Assembly: GCF_000195975.1 (NCBI RefSeq)
Contig: NC_005070.1
Span: 1,140,001 to 1,172,000, forward strand
Source: Parasynechococcus marenigrum WH 8102
Lineage (GTDB): Bacteria > Cyanobacteriota > Cyanobacteriia > PCC-6307 > Cyanobiaceae
Length of the DNA stretch: 32,000 bases
Reading direction: 5' to 3'
Below, piece after piece: positions 18,052 to 26,227 of the stretch. The stretch's first letter is position 1. Each line of letters begins with the position of its first letter. Under the pieces are notes generated by a model, which saw only the letters and a list, made by a program, of their open reading frames with translations, was not told the origin of the DNA and searched no databases. The translations under genes and the position numbers were made by a program.

Positions 18052-18131
18052 AACAGGGATCGACATACCAAGTCCATACCAGGCAGTGGGTATGGTGCAA
18101 ACGACAGACTGTCACTAGGGAGCTTGAAAAG

Positions 18132-18434
18132 CCAGGGCACCCGAATCGTGACGGCCCGATCGCGCCGGAAGTGAAGCACCTGTCCGTTGGTGGCCGTGCT
18201 CAGGAATGTTGAGAGTTTAAGACCGCGCCGTGGATCAAACCGCTCCCAGCCACGAATCAACCCAACACGGGCCTCCTGCTCGAGATCGTCCCGCTCCTTT
18301 GGTCCCCGTCGGGTCTGGCGCGAGGCAATCATCCCGGCGATGCCGAGGTGATTGAGAACCTTGATGTTGCGTTGGCGAACTGCAGGGGGAAGAGCCCTCC
18401 GCAGCTCACGTCGCTGCCATCCGGATGTGGTCAT
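18132..18434 (-). pseudogene. sigma-70 family sigma factor, N-terminal half (region 2), truncated by the insertion
   Basis: From the ATG at 18434: MTTSGWQRRELRRALPPAVRQRNIKVLNHLGIAGMIASRQ...DDLEQEARVGLIRGWERFDPRRGLKLSTFLSTATNGQVLHFRRDRAVTIRVPW. These are regions 2.1-2.4 (GLIxxxERFDPxxG, RDxxxxIRVP). The frame then runs into AT-rich island sequence for 59 unrelated codons, to the stop at 17952. Confidence 0.85.
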
Positions 18435-18552
18435 GGTGCTGAAGCAACTGTCTTCAGCGTTTGTTGTTTCGGGTTCTGCGACCGCCCACCTGGGTGCCTG
18501 ATTCCGGCACGAAGGTGCCAGATATGGTCGCGGTGTTGAACAGCTCTGACCC

Positions 18553-18717
18553 ATGGATTGGCACCCAGAGGCCTTAGCCGCCTTGAAGAAGGACGTGCCG
18601 TTCTTCGTTCGCCCTGCCGTTCGCCGGCGGGTTGAGTCGATGGCCAGCGAAGCTGGCCGCAGCAGCATCGACCTCAGCTTCTACGCCGAGGCGAAGGCGA
18701 GCATGGCGCCCAGCTGA
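18553..18717 (+). CDS. small PCP_red-like protein (54 aa; protochlorophyllide-reductase C-terminal-domain family)
   Basis: Hand-translated: MDWHPEALAALKKDVPFFVRPAVRRRVESMASEAGRSSIDLSFYAEAKASMAPS. The W..EA...L..vPfFVR...r..vE pattern matches my recollection of that small domain. It is below the ORF-track cutoff. Confidence 0.6.
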   Translation: MDWHPEALAALKKDVPFFVRPAVRRRVESMASEAGRSSIDLSFYAEAKASMAPS

Positions 18718-18720
18718 GGC

Positions 18721-18903
18721 TCAGGGGGTGTCCAGGTCGCAGCGATTCAGCTCCGGCTGGGTCAAGCGATCAATGATGCGGGCCATGTCGATCGAAGTGA
18801 GTTCACCGTTGTCGTCCCACTTGAGGGTGGTCTTCCGCTGAGCAGGAGGCTGCTGTGCAAAGGGCTGTCCTGTTGTTTGCTCGAAGGAACGATCGGCCAC
18901 CAC
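18721..18903 (-). CDS. small hypothetical protein (60 aa)
   Basis: ATG ORF with protein-like composition. No family recognised. Confidence 0.4.
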   Translation of the reverse strand: MVADRSFEQTTGQPFAQQPPAQRKTTLKWDDNGELTSIDMARIIDRLTQPELNRCDLDTP

Positions 18904-18946
18904 ATCCGAATGTCAGGGTTCGGAGATATTAGCGATCCTTGTGGCT

Positions 18947-19621
18947 TCAGTCACCCAAGGACAGGTGTTGTTGTGGTCGGGGCAACAATTCCGCCCAGGT
19001 CTGCAGGGCCGTCCAGCCGCGGATTCGCCGGTGGATGAAGTGGTGCCCCTCGCCATTGAGATGAAGGCCATCGGGTTCCATCCAGGTCAGCCAGTCCGGC
19101 TCCTCCAGCATGGATCGGTGCAGTGGCAGAAAGGGGATGTCGGCGTCGCGACAGGTTTCGGCCAACACGGCTTCATGGGCCGCCACATCCTCATTGCTGC
19201 ACCAGAGACAGTCCGCAAAGGGCATGACGTGCTCATCCACTGGCGTCAGACCGATCACCAGCACCTGCGTCTCCGCTTTCATCTCGTTGAGCAGCTGCCC
19301 CATGCCGAAGCCATAGGCCTCAAGGTTCAGTTGCTAGCGACCATCCGGCCGACCCACCCGTGCGGTGTCGTTGAGTCCGACGGCCAGCAGTACACCCTCC
19401 GGGGTCTGACGCCGCAGCTCGCCGCGACACTGCCACTCGCTACGCCAGCGAGCGGCCACCCGTTCCAATCCATCGCCACGGATGCCCAGGGGGTAAACCA
19501 CCGGAGCCGCCTGCAGCTGCATCCAGTTCCTGCGCAGACGCTCGCACCATCCCCCGGCCTCTCGATCTCCCCAGCCGTACACCCCGCTATCCCCGATCAC
19601 CAGCAGCTGCTTGGGTTTCAT
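18947..19621 (-). pseudogene. SGNH/GDSL-family hydrolase interrupted by one in-frame TAG (19336-19334)
   Basis: The upstream part has block I LLVIGDSGVYGWGD and block III LLAVGLNDTARVG. After the TAG the same frame continues QLNLEAYGFGMGQLLNEM... to block V PDGLHLNGEGH. The two ORF-track ORFs (19334-19741 and 18947-19303) are in the same frame. The ATG at 19621 overlaps the phnE stop. Confidence 0.75.
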
Positions 19622-21126
19622 GCCGCCTCCTGGAGCCGTTCGCAGACCAGCTCGCCGAGCAACGTCAACGCGGCATAAACCATGACCAACCAGGCCACCA
19701 GTGGCCAGTAAAAGGAGGACAGTGCCTCCATCAGCTGCCACCCCAGGCCGGCTCCCCCCACCAGACCGACGACGGCCGTATCCCGGAGGATCACATCACT
19801 GCGGTAAGCGGCGTAAGCGAGATACCTCTGACTCGCTGGCGACAACACACCGAACAACCAGGCGGAGCGGGGCGGAGCGCCCAGGGCAACCATGGCCTGT
19901 TGGTCACGGACATCCACGCGCTCGAGCCCGTCCTCCAGCACCAGCCCCATCACACCGCTGTGGTGCAGGCCCAAGGCCAACGCCGCCACGGCCAGGGTCG
20001 GTTTGCTGGCCAGCATGAGCAACAACGCCGTCAGGGGTGGCGGCAACAATCGCATCAGCGTCCAGCCCGCTTTCAGGATCCAGCCCGCAACAGGCCCTGG
20101 AGCGATCAACCGCAGCAACGGTGGCAGGCCGATGGCAACTCCGGAGGCCAGCAGGGTGATCAGGAGGGTGGCACCAATCAGCTCCAGCCATGGCGTCTCC
20201 ATCCATGCCTGACTCAGACCTTCACTCCACAGTGCGGGCGGAGGCCACGGAGTCCCCTCAACCCAGCTGGGTGCTGAGAGATCGTGGTTCAACCCGCTGC
20301 TCCAGGACGGCGTGACCAGCGGCAGCATCAGTGCCAGCAGCAGCAGGCCATGGCGGGCGGACAGGCGCCGGATCATCAGATTCACCGCCACCAGCAGCAG
20401 CGCCATCAGCCACAAGCCGCTCCAGAGTTCACGAAAGCGCAGGGATTGCAGGCTGAGCATCAGCTCGGTTCCCAATCCCCCAAGGCCGAAGATGCCCAGC
20501 AGCAGGGAGGATCGCAGGGCACAATCCAGCCGATGGCCGATGTGGTCGCGCAACGCTGTGGCCAGGGGGGGCATCAGGCTGGTGCACAGATTGATCACGG
20601 CAGGAACACCGGCGCATTGCAGGGCAATGAGAGCCGGTGGTTCATGGCGATCCAGCTGGTCTGCCAGAACCCTGGCCAGAAGTGCCGAATAGGGAAGAAC
20701 AATGGCCAGCACGGCCACCCAGCCGTTCAGGCCGAACAGCTGAAGCAACAACAACCCCCAGATCAGTTCATGGATTGATCGCAATGGCGCCAGGCCACGC
20801 CGCACCACCAGGGCCGGCCAGCGCCGCCCCATCAGCGTGGACCAGATCGTGGTGGAACAGATCAGCCCAAGGATCAGTCCAATCAGACTGCTCAAGCTCC
20901 AGGCCAGGAGAGCCGTCAGGGCTGTGATCTGCAGCCCCATGAGCTGATGCTTCAGCAGTGACGGCTCCAGGGATGGTTGCAGGGCCGCCAACCAGAAGCG
21001 ACCGATCTGTTCGGCTCCACCGCCATGGAGATCGTGCAACAGCACCATTCCAAGAGGCAGCAAAACCAGCGCTGGAGCCAGAGCCATCAGTGCGGGAGCT
21101 GGCGTCAGTCCTCGCTGTAAAGCCAT
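19618..21126 (-). CDS. phnE: phosphonate ABC transporter permease (fused two-domain)
   Basis: 502-aa polytopic membrane protein immediately downstream of phnC and phnD, with overlapping gene boundaries. Confidence 0.75.
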   Translation of the reverse strand: MALQRGLTPAPALMALAPALVLLPLGMVLLHDLHGGGAEQIGRFWLAALQPSLEPSLLKHQLMGLQITALTALLAWSLSSLIGLILGLICSTTIWSTLMGRRWPALVVRRGLAPLRSIHELIWGLLLLQLFGLNGWVAVLAIVLPYSALLARVLADQLDRHEPPALIALQCAGVPAVINLCTSLMPPLATALRDHIGHRLDCALRSSLLLGIFGLGGLGTELMLSLQSLRFRELWSGLWLMALLLVAVNLMIRRLSARHGLLLLALMLPLVTPSWSSGLNHDLSAPSWVEGTPWPPPALWSEGLSQAWMETPWLELIGATLLITLLASGVAIGLPPLLRLIAPGPVAGWILKAGWTLMRLLPPPLTALLLMLASKPTLAVAALALGLHHSGVMGLVLEDGLERVDVRDQQAMVALGAPPRSAWLFGVLSPASQRYLAYAAYRSDVILRDTAVVGLVGGAGLGWQLMEALSSFYWPLVAWLVMVYAALTLLGELVCERLQEAA

Positions 21127-21806
21127 GCCAGGGTTGCTTCGGTGATGGCTGAGGGGGAGGCGTCCAGCACCAGTTCACCCTGACGCAGTCCCAGCACCCG
21201 TTCGAAACGCTGCATCAGGTCGGGCCGGTGCAGGCTGACCATGCAGGACGGCTGCTCCAGCAGCAGGTTGAGCACATCATTCGCCAGGCGCGGGTCGAGG
21301 GCAGACAACGGTTCATCCGCAAGCACCAGCGTCGGTTGCTGCCGCAACAGCCGTGCCAGCGCAACCCGCTGGCGCTCTCCGCCTGAGAGCCCTGCCACCC
21401 GATGATTACGAAGCGTGTTGCTGAGTCCGACCTGGCGCAGGATGGCGTCTCCAAGCTCGGGTTCCAGTGGCTGCAACAGGTTGCGCAGGCCCCAGAGCAG
21501 TGAATGGCGGCCGAGGGCACCGGTGTTGATGTTCTGGAGAACGGTCAGTTCCTCTACGAGCCTGAGGTCCTGCCAGAGCGTTCCGATCTGCCGGCGCTGG
21601 GCTGGGCGGCAGCGTTGCAGGTCGTGTCCTCGCCAGAGCACACGGCCCTGATCAGGGGACAGGCTGCCGTTGCAGAGTCCGATCAGGCTGGACTTGCCGG
21701 CCCCGCTCCGCCCCAGCAGGACAGTTCTCTCCCCATGATCAATGGTGAGGTCGAGGGGTTGGAGCCGACCGGTCAGCCCAGCCCGGCGCAGCTCCAGCAC
21801 AGCCAT
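21105..21806 (-). CDS. phnC: phosphonate ABC transporter ATP-binding protein
   Basis: Walker A GRSGAGKSS, signature LSGGERQRVALARLL, Walker B LVLADEPLSALD. Sits between phnD and phnE. Confidence 0.8.
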   Translation of the reverse strand: MAVLELRRAGLTGRLQPLDLTIDHGERTVLLGRSGAGKSSLIGLCNGSLSPDQGRVLWRGHDLQRCRPAQRRQIGTLWQDLRLVEELTVLQNINTGALGRHSLLWGLRNLLQPLEPELGDAILRQVGLSNTLRNHRVAGLSGGERQRVALARLLRQQPTLVLADEPLSALDPRLANDVLNLLLEQPSCMVSLHRPDLMQRFERVLGLRQGELVLDASPSAITEATLAWLYSED

Positions 21807-22729
21807 CAGCGGATTTTGCCCAGCTGACGGCCCACCGCTTCGATCTTGGCGTAGGCCTCGTTTTGAGCCGGGATGAACCGCTTGGCACCGAACAACTCAA
21901 GAACCAAGGCACCCCGTTCCGTTGCGGGTGTCAGCGACAGCAGGGAACTCTGCACACGATCGGTGAATCCTTTACCGAAGCGCGCATCCAGATCGGGCCG
22001 GGCCACCCAGTGGTAATCCACGTAGGGCGCAGTCCTCCAGATCACGGCCACCTTGTCGGTATCCACGCGGCCTTCGTCCACATTGCTGCGCCAGACCTGT
22101 TCGTTCAGGGCACCCACCTCATAGGCCCCGCTCTCGACCACAGCAATCGTGGCGTCGTGGCTGCCGCTGAAGCCGGGGGCACCTCCCGCCAGATCGGCCA
22201 TGGTGACGCCGCTCTCCCCGAGGAAGTACTGGGGCATCAGCCGACCGGAGGTGGAGCTTTCGGAACCGAAGGCCAGACGGCGGCCCTTCAGCTGCACCAG
22301 TTGATCGGCACTGGTGATGGGCCGGAGTCCGCTGGCTCCGTTGGCGATGAACACACTGGTGAACTTGGCATCGATGTCTCGCTGGGCGAGCACCATGGCC
22401 CCTGGGGTCTGCAGACGGGCCTGCACACCGGTGAGTCCACCAAACCAGACCAGATCAAGACTGCCGCTGCGGAAGGCGCTGACGGCGGCCGCGTAGTTGC
22501 TGACGGGTACGTACCGCACCGCCACATTGAGGGAATCACTCAGTTCGTCCGAGAGGGAGCCGTAGAGACGGTTCAACTTCTCGGGGTTCTGATCCGGGAT
22601 GGCACCGATCCTGAGAACCTGATCTGCGGAGGGTGGTGCACTGCTGCAGCTACTCATGGTGGCCGCGAGGGCAACACCGGTGATGAGACCGGCGACCTTC
22701 ACGGCCGGTTGTTCTCGTCCAGGCATCAA
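21806..22729 (-). CDS. phnD: phosphonate ABC transporter periplasmic substrate-binding protein
   Basis: Signal/lipoprotein-like N-terminus (AATMSSCSS). IGAIPDQNPEKLNRLY...VPVSNYAAAVSAFRSGSLDLVWFGGLTGVQA is typical of PhnD. Confidence 0.8.
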   Translation of the reverse strand: MMPGREQPAVKVAGLITGVALAATMSSCSSAPPSADQVLRIGAIPDQNPEKLNRLYGSLSDELSDSLNVAVRYVPVSNYAAAVSAFRSGSLDLVWFGGLTGVQARLQTPGAMVLAQRDIDAKFTSVFIANGASGLRPITSADQLVQLKGRRLAFGSESSTSGRLMPQYFLGESGVTMADLAGGAPGFSGSHDATIAVVESGAYEVGALNEQVWRSNVDEGRVDTDKVAVIWRTAPYVDYHWVARPDLDARFGKGFTDRVQSSLLSLTPATERGALVLELFGAKRFIPAQNEAYAKIEAVGRQLGKIR

Positions 22730-22752
22730 GTCAAACGTTGAATCGGAAAAGC

Positions 22753-23931
22753 TCAGGTCTCGTCTAGCAGTTGCGTTAGCCGTGACAGGCCATCCCTGAT
22801 CGTCTCACGGGACACAGCGCAGGACAGACGAATGCAGCGGTCGTTTCCGAAGGCCAGACCGGGGACGACGGCGAGGCCCGCCTGCTCAAGGGCGCGACTG
22901 CAGAAGTCCATCGAACCACCAGCCGATTCCGGCAACTGCGGGAAGGCATAGAAAGCACCCCTTGGTTCAACGAGGGTGATTCCTTCAATCGCTTGCAACC
23001 CCTCCGTGAGCAGCTGCCGGCGGCGGTTGTAGCTCTCCGCCATCGCTGAAACGCAAGCACGCGGGCCCTGAATGGCCGCAAGGGCCCCTCGTTGAGCAAA
23101 GCTGCAGACATTGCTGGTGCTCTGGCTCTGCAGCGCAGCGGCAGCCTTGATCACGTCCTGGTGTCCGGCGAGGTAGCCCAGCCGCCAGCCCGTCATGGCC
23201 CAGCCTTTGGCGAAGCCATTGACGGTGAAACAGCGATCGGCGAGATCCGGGGCGATCGCCGCGAAGCTGTGGTGCTGTTCCCCCTCCGCCAGCAGGAACT
23301 CGTAGATCTCATCACTCATCACCAGCAACTGGGGATGACGGCGCACCAGCTCCGCCACGTCCTCCAGCTCCTGGCGCTTCATCACCCGCCCTGTGGGGTT
23401 GCCGGGGGAGTTCAGCAGCAGAAGGCGACTGCGAGGGCTGATCGCTGCCTCCACAGCTGCGAGATCGAGACGGAATCCCTCCTCGGCCTGGGTGGGAATG
23501 AGCTTGACCTTGGCACCGGCCAGTGCCGCCATCTCCGGGTAGCTCAGCCAGTAAGGAGCGGGCAGCAACACCTCATCGTCAGGATTTAGCAGCACTTGAA
23601 ACAGGTTGTAGATCGCCTGTTTGCCGCCGTTGGTGATCAGGACCTGCTCGGGGGTGATTGCGATTCCATTGCCGCTGGACAACTTCTCCGCCACGGCTGC
23701 CCGGAGCTCGGGGTCACCAGCCGCCGGCCCGTAGCGGGTGATGCCATCACGCAGGGCTTGCCGTGTGGCCTCAACAATGAAGTCAGGCGTGTCGAAATCC
23801 GGCTCACCTGCACTGAGGCTGCAGATGTCTCGCCCGGCTTGCTGCAACGCCTTGGCCTGGGCTCCAATGGCTAGCGTCAGAGACGGCTTCAGGCCCACGG
23901 CCCGTGCGGAGAGTTCTGGAGGGCGTGGCAT
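22753..23931 (-). CDS. class I PLP-dependent (aspartate-type) aminotransferase
   Basis: LSAGEPDFDTP, NPGNPTG, SDEIY and FAKGWAMTGWRLGY (Lys in the SxxK-type position) motifs. The ATG is at 23931; a GTG at 23955 would add 8 aa. Confidence 0.85.
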   Translation of the reverse strand: MPRPPELSARAVGLKPSLTLAIGAQAKALQQAGRDICSLSAGEPDFDTPDFIVEATRQALRDGITRYGPAAGDPELRAAVAEKLSSGNGIAITPEQVLITNGGKQAIYNLFQVLLNPDDEVLLPAPYWLSYPEMAALAGAKVKLIPTQAEEGFRLDLAAVEAAISPRSRLLLLNSPGNPTGRVMKRQELEDVAELVRRHPQLLVMSDEIYEFLLAEGEQHHSFAAIAPDLADRCFTVNGFAKGWAMTGWRLGYLAGHQDVIKAAAALQSQSTSNVCSFAQRGALAAIQGPRACVSAMAESYNRRRQLLTEGLQAIEGITLVEPRGAFYAFPQLPESAGGSMDFCSRALEQAGLAVVPGLAFGNDRCIRLSCAVSRETIRDGLSRLTQLLDET

Positions 23932-24015
23932 CAGCAACGCACCTCCCCGCGGCACGCGTAAAGATCACATCCTGCCTCACGTGGTGTCCCAGACAACCTT
24001 GCTTGTTCTCCTGTC

Positions 24016-24411
24016 ATGAGTTCCCCCAACCTGAGCTGGGTGCTGGCGGCAGAGGATCCGCAGCGATTAGCCGGTTTTTACGCCGCTTTGTTGGAGTGCC
24101 CAAAAGAACAAGGCTTCTCTGGCTCCCACTGGATTGTCGATCTGGCTGGAGGTTGTCGTCTGGAGATTTACAGGCCATCCCGTCAGCGGCCGTTCCCGCA
24201 GCAGGGTCGGGCCCTGGCCCCCTGCCTACGCCTAGCGCCCAGTCAAGCCCCCCTGAAGCATCTGCAGCAGCAGTTGCCCGCCTGGATTGCCCTGGGGGCC
24301 ACACTGATCGAGCCGGCTCGGCTGGAGGCCTTTGGTGCCGAGGTCTGGCTGGCTGATCCCGAGGGCAATCCCGTGCTTGTGGTGCAACCCTTTGCCCATG
24401 CGACCTTCTGA
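24016..24411 (+). CDS. small glyoxalase/VOC-fold-like protein (131 aa)
   Basis: Size and pattern (FYAALLECP..., WLADPEGNPVLVV) resemble VOC-family proteins. Weak call. Confidence 0.5.
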   Translation: MSSPNLSWVLAAEDPQRLAGFYAALLECPKEQGFSGSHWIVDLAGGCRLEIYRPSRQRPFPQQGRALAPCLRLAPSQAPLKHLQQQLPAWIALGATLIEPARLEAFGAEVWLADPEGNPVLVVQPFAHATF

Positions 24412-24974
24412 TGGCGATGTTGGAGCTGCGTGACTGTGAGCAGTGCACCGGCTGTGATCTGGCCCTGACGCGTGAACGGGTGGTGATCAGCCGCGGTGCA
24501 GCGACAGCACCATTGATGTTGATCGGTGAGGCACCGGGTGCCCGCGAAGATGCCCTGGGCCAGCCCTTCGTCGGACGATCCGGACAGCTGCTGGATCGCC
24601 TGCTGCAGGATGTCGGTCTGAATCCAGAGAGCGACCTCTACATCTGCAATGCAGTGAAGTGCCGTCCTCCACAGAACCGCCGACCGAAACGGGCGGAATT
24701 AACCGCTTGCAGACCCTGGCTGGATCATCAGATCGATCAGGTGAATCCCAGGGTGATCGTCCTGCTGGGTGCCACTGCTGTGGAGAGCCTGCTGGGCATC
24801 AAAGGCGGCATGACCCAGCTCAGGGGGCAATGGCTCAGCTGGGATGGCCGGGATGTGATGCCGATCTTTCATCCCTCGTATTTGTTGCGCAATCCCTCCA
24901 AGGCCTCCGATGCACCCACGGCGTTGACCCGGAGTGATCTCAGCACAGTCCAGCAGCGACTGTGCGAACGTTGA
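24411..24974 (+). CDS. family 4 uracil-DNA glycosylase
   Basis: CxxC...C N-terminal cluster ligands, [23 protein letters not shown] motif and C-terminal HPS motif ([11 protein letters not shown]). Confidence 0.85.
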   Translation: MAMLELRDCEQCTGCDLALTRERVVISRGAATAPLMLIGEAPGAREDALGQPFVGRSGQLLDRLLQDVGLNPESDLYICNAVKCRPPQNRRPKRAELTACRPWLDHQIDQVNPRVIVLLGATAVESLLGIKGGMTQLRGQWLSWDGRDVMPIFHPSYLLRNPSKASDAPTALTRSDLSTVQQRLCER

Positions 24975-24996
24975 CGCGCTCTCGGCCTGGCCCGCC

Positions 24997-26193
24997 ATGA
25001 CCGCCCTGGATCGGCGTTACGACACCCAGATCCATCGCCGCATCACACGCACCGTGATGGTGGGTGATGTCGCGATCGGCAGTGACCACCCCGTGGTGGT
25101 GCAGTCGATGATCAATGAGGACACCCTGGACATCGATGCAGCCGTCGCTGGCATCGTCCGACTGGCGGAAGCCGGCAGTGAAATCGTGCGTGTCACCACG
25201 CCATCGATGGCCCATGCCCGGGCGATGGGTGAGATCCGTGCCGCCGTACGCGCCCGTGGATGCACGGTGCCATTGGTGGCGGACGTTCACCACAACGGCG
25301 TCAAGATCGCCATGGAAGTGGCGCAGCACGTCGACAAGGTGCGCATCAACCCCGGGTTGTTCGTCTTTGACAAGCCGGATCCCAACCGTCAGGAGTTCAG
25401 CGATAAGGAATTCGCGGCCATTGGCGCACGGATCCACGAGACCTTCGAACCTCTGGTCACCCTGCTGAGGGATCAGAACAAGGCCCTCCGCATCGGTGTG
25501 AACCATGGTTCATTAGCGGAGCGGATGCTGTTCACCTACGGGGATACCCCCAAGGGGATGGTGGAGTCGGCGATGGAATTCGTACGCATCTGTGATGAAC
25601 TCGACTTCCACAACATCGTGATTTCGATGAAGGCGTCGAGGGCGCCGGTGATGTTGGCGGCCTATCGCTTGATGGCGGACACGATGGACAAAGAGGGGTT
25701 CAACTATCCCCTCCACCTCGGCGTCACCGAAGCCGGTGATGGTGATTACGGCCGCGTCAAGAGCACGGCGGGGATCGCGACCCTGCTCGCCGATGGCCTT
25801 GGCGACACCATCCGGGTGTCGTTAACCGAGGCTCCGGAACGGGAAATCCCCGTCTGCTACTCGATCCTGCAATCCCTTGGGCTGCGCAAGACCATGGTCG
25901 AGTACGTGGCCTGCCCCAGCTGCGGCCGCACCCTGTTCAATCTCGAGGAGGTGCTGCACAAGGTGCGGGACGCGACGTCCCATCTCACAGGGCTCGATAT
26001 CGCCGTGATGGGGTGCATTGTCAACGGCCCGGGCGAGATGGCGGATGCGGACTATGGCTATGTCGGCAAGACCCCGGGTGTGATTTCGCTGTACCGGGGA
26101 CGGGACGAGATCCGCAAGGTGCCTGAAGAGGAGGGCGTCAATGCTTTGATCCAGTTGATCAAAGAGGACGGGCGCTGGGTGGAGCCGGCCTGA
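24997..26193 (+). CDS. ispG: 4-hydroxy-3-methylbut-2-en-1-yl diphosphate synthase
   Basis: Classic GcpE sequence ([46 protein letters not shown]). ATG at 24997. Confidence 0.9.
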   Translation: MTALDRRYDTQIHRRITRTVMVGDVAIGSDHPVVVQSMINEDTLDIDAAVAGIVRLAEAGSEIVRVTTPSMAHARAMGEIRAAVRARGCTVPLVADVHHNGVKIAMEVAQHVDKVRINPGLFVFDKPDPNRQEFSDKEFAAIGARIHETFEPLVTLLRDQNKALRIGVNHGSLAERMLFTYGDTPKGMVESAMEFVRICDELDFHNIVISMKASRAPVMLAAYRLMADTMDKEGFNYPLHLGVTEAGDGDYGRVKSTAGIATLLADGLGDTIRVSLTEAPEREIPVCYSILQSLGLRKTMVEYVACPSCGRTLFNLEEVLHKVRDATSHLTGLDIAVMGCIVNGPGEMADADYGYVGKTPGVISLYRGRDEIRKVPEEEGVNALIQLIKEDGRWVEPA

Positions 26194-26227
26194 TCTCGTT
26201 AGTGTGAAGAATCAGGTTTATTAGGCC

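Larger units (their letters stand above)
12112..18131. mobile_element. about 6.0 kb AT-rich inserted element interrupting the sigma factor gene; no recombinase recognised
   Basis: Sharp GC drop at both edges. The two sigma-gene halves flank it in the same order and orientation. Its gene content is foreign-looking: small unknown ORFs, radical SAM, phage-type HNH. Edges are accurate to within about 3 nt because of GGC microhomology. Confidence 0.75.

Noticed and set aside
18438-18519. Hairpin GCTGAAG-N7-CTTCAGC abutting the sigma start codon, and a GTGCC/GGCAC/GTGCC alternative-pairing triplet in the divergent intergenic region.
   Set aside because: The stems are short (5-7 bp), and I cannot assess covariation. 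They could be leader structures, but they are not distinguishable from chance here.
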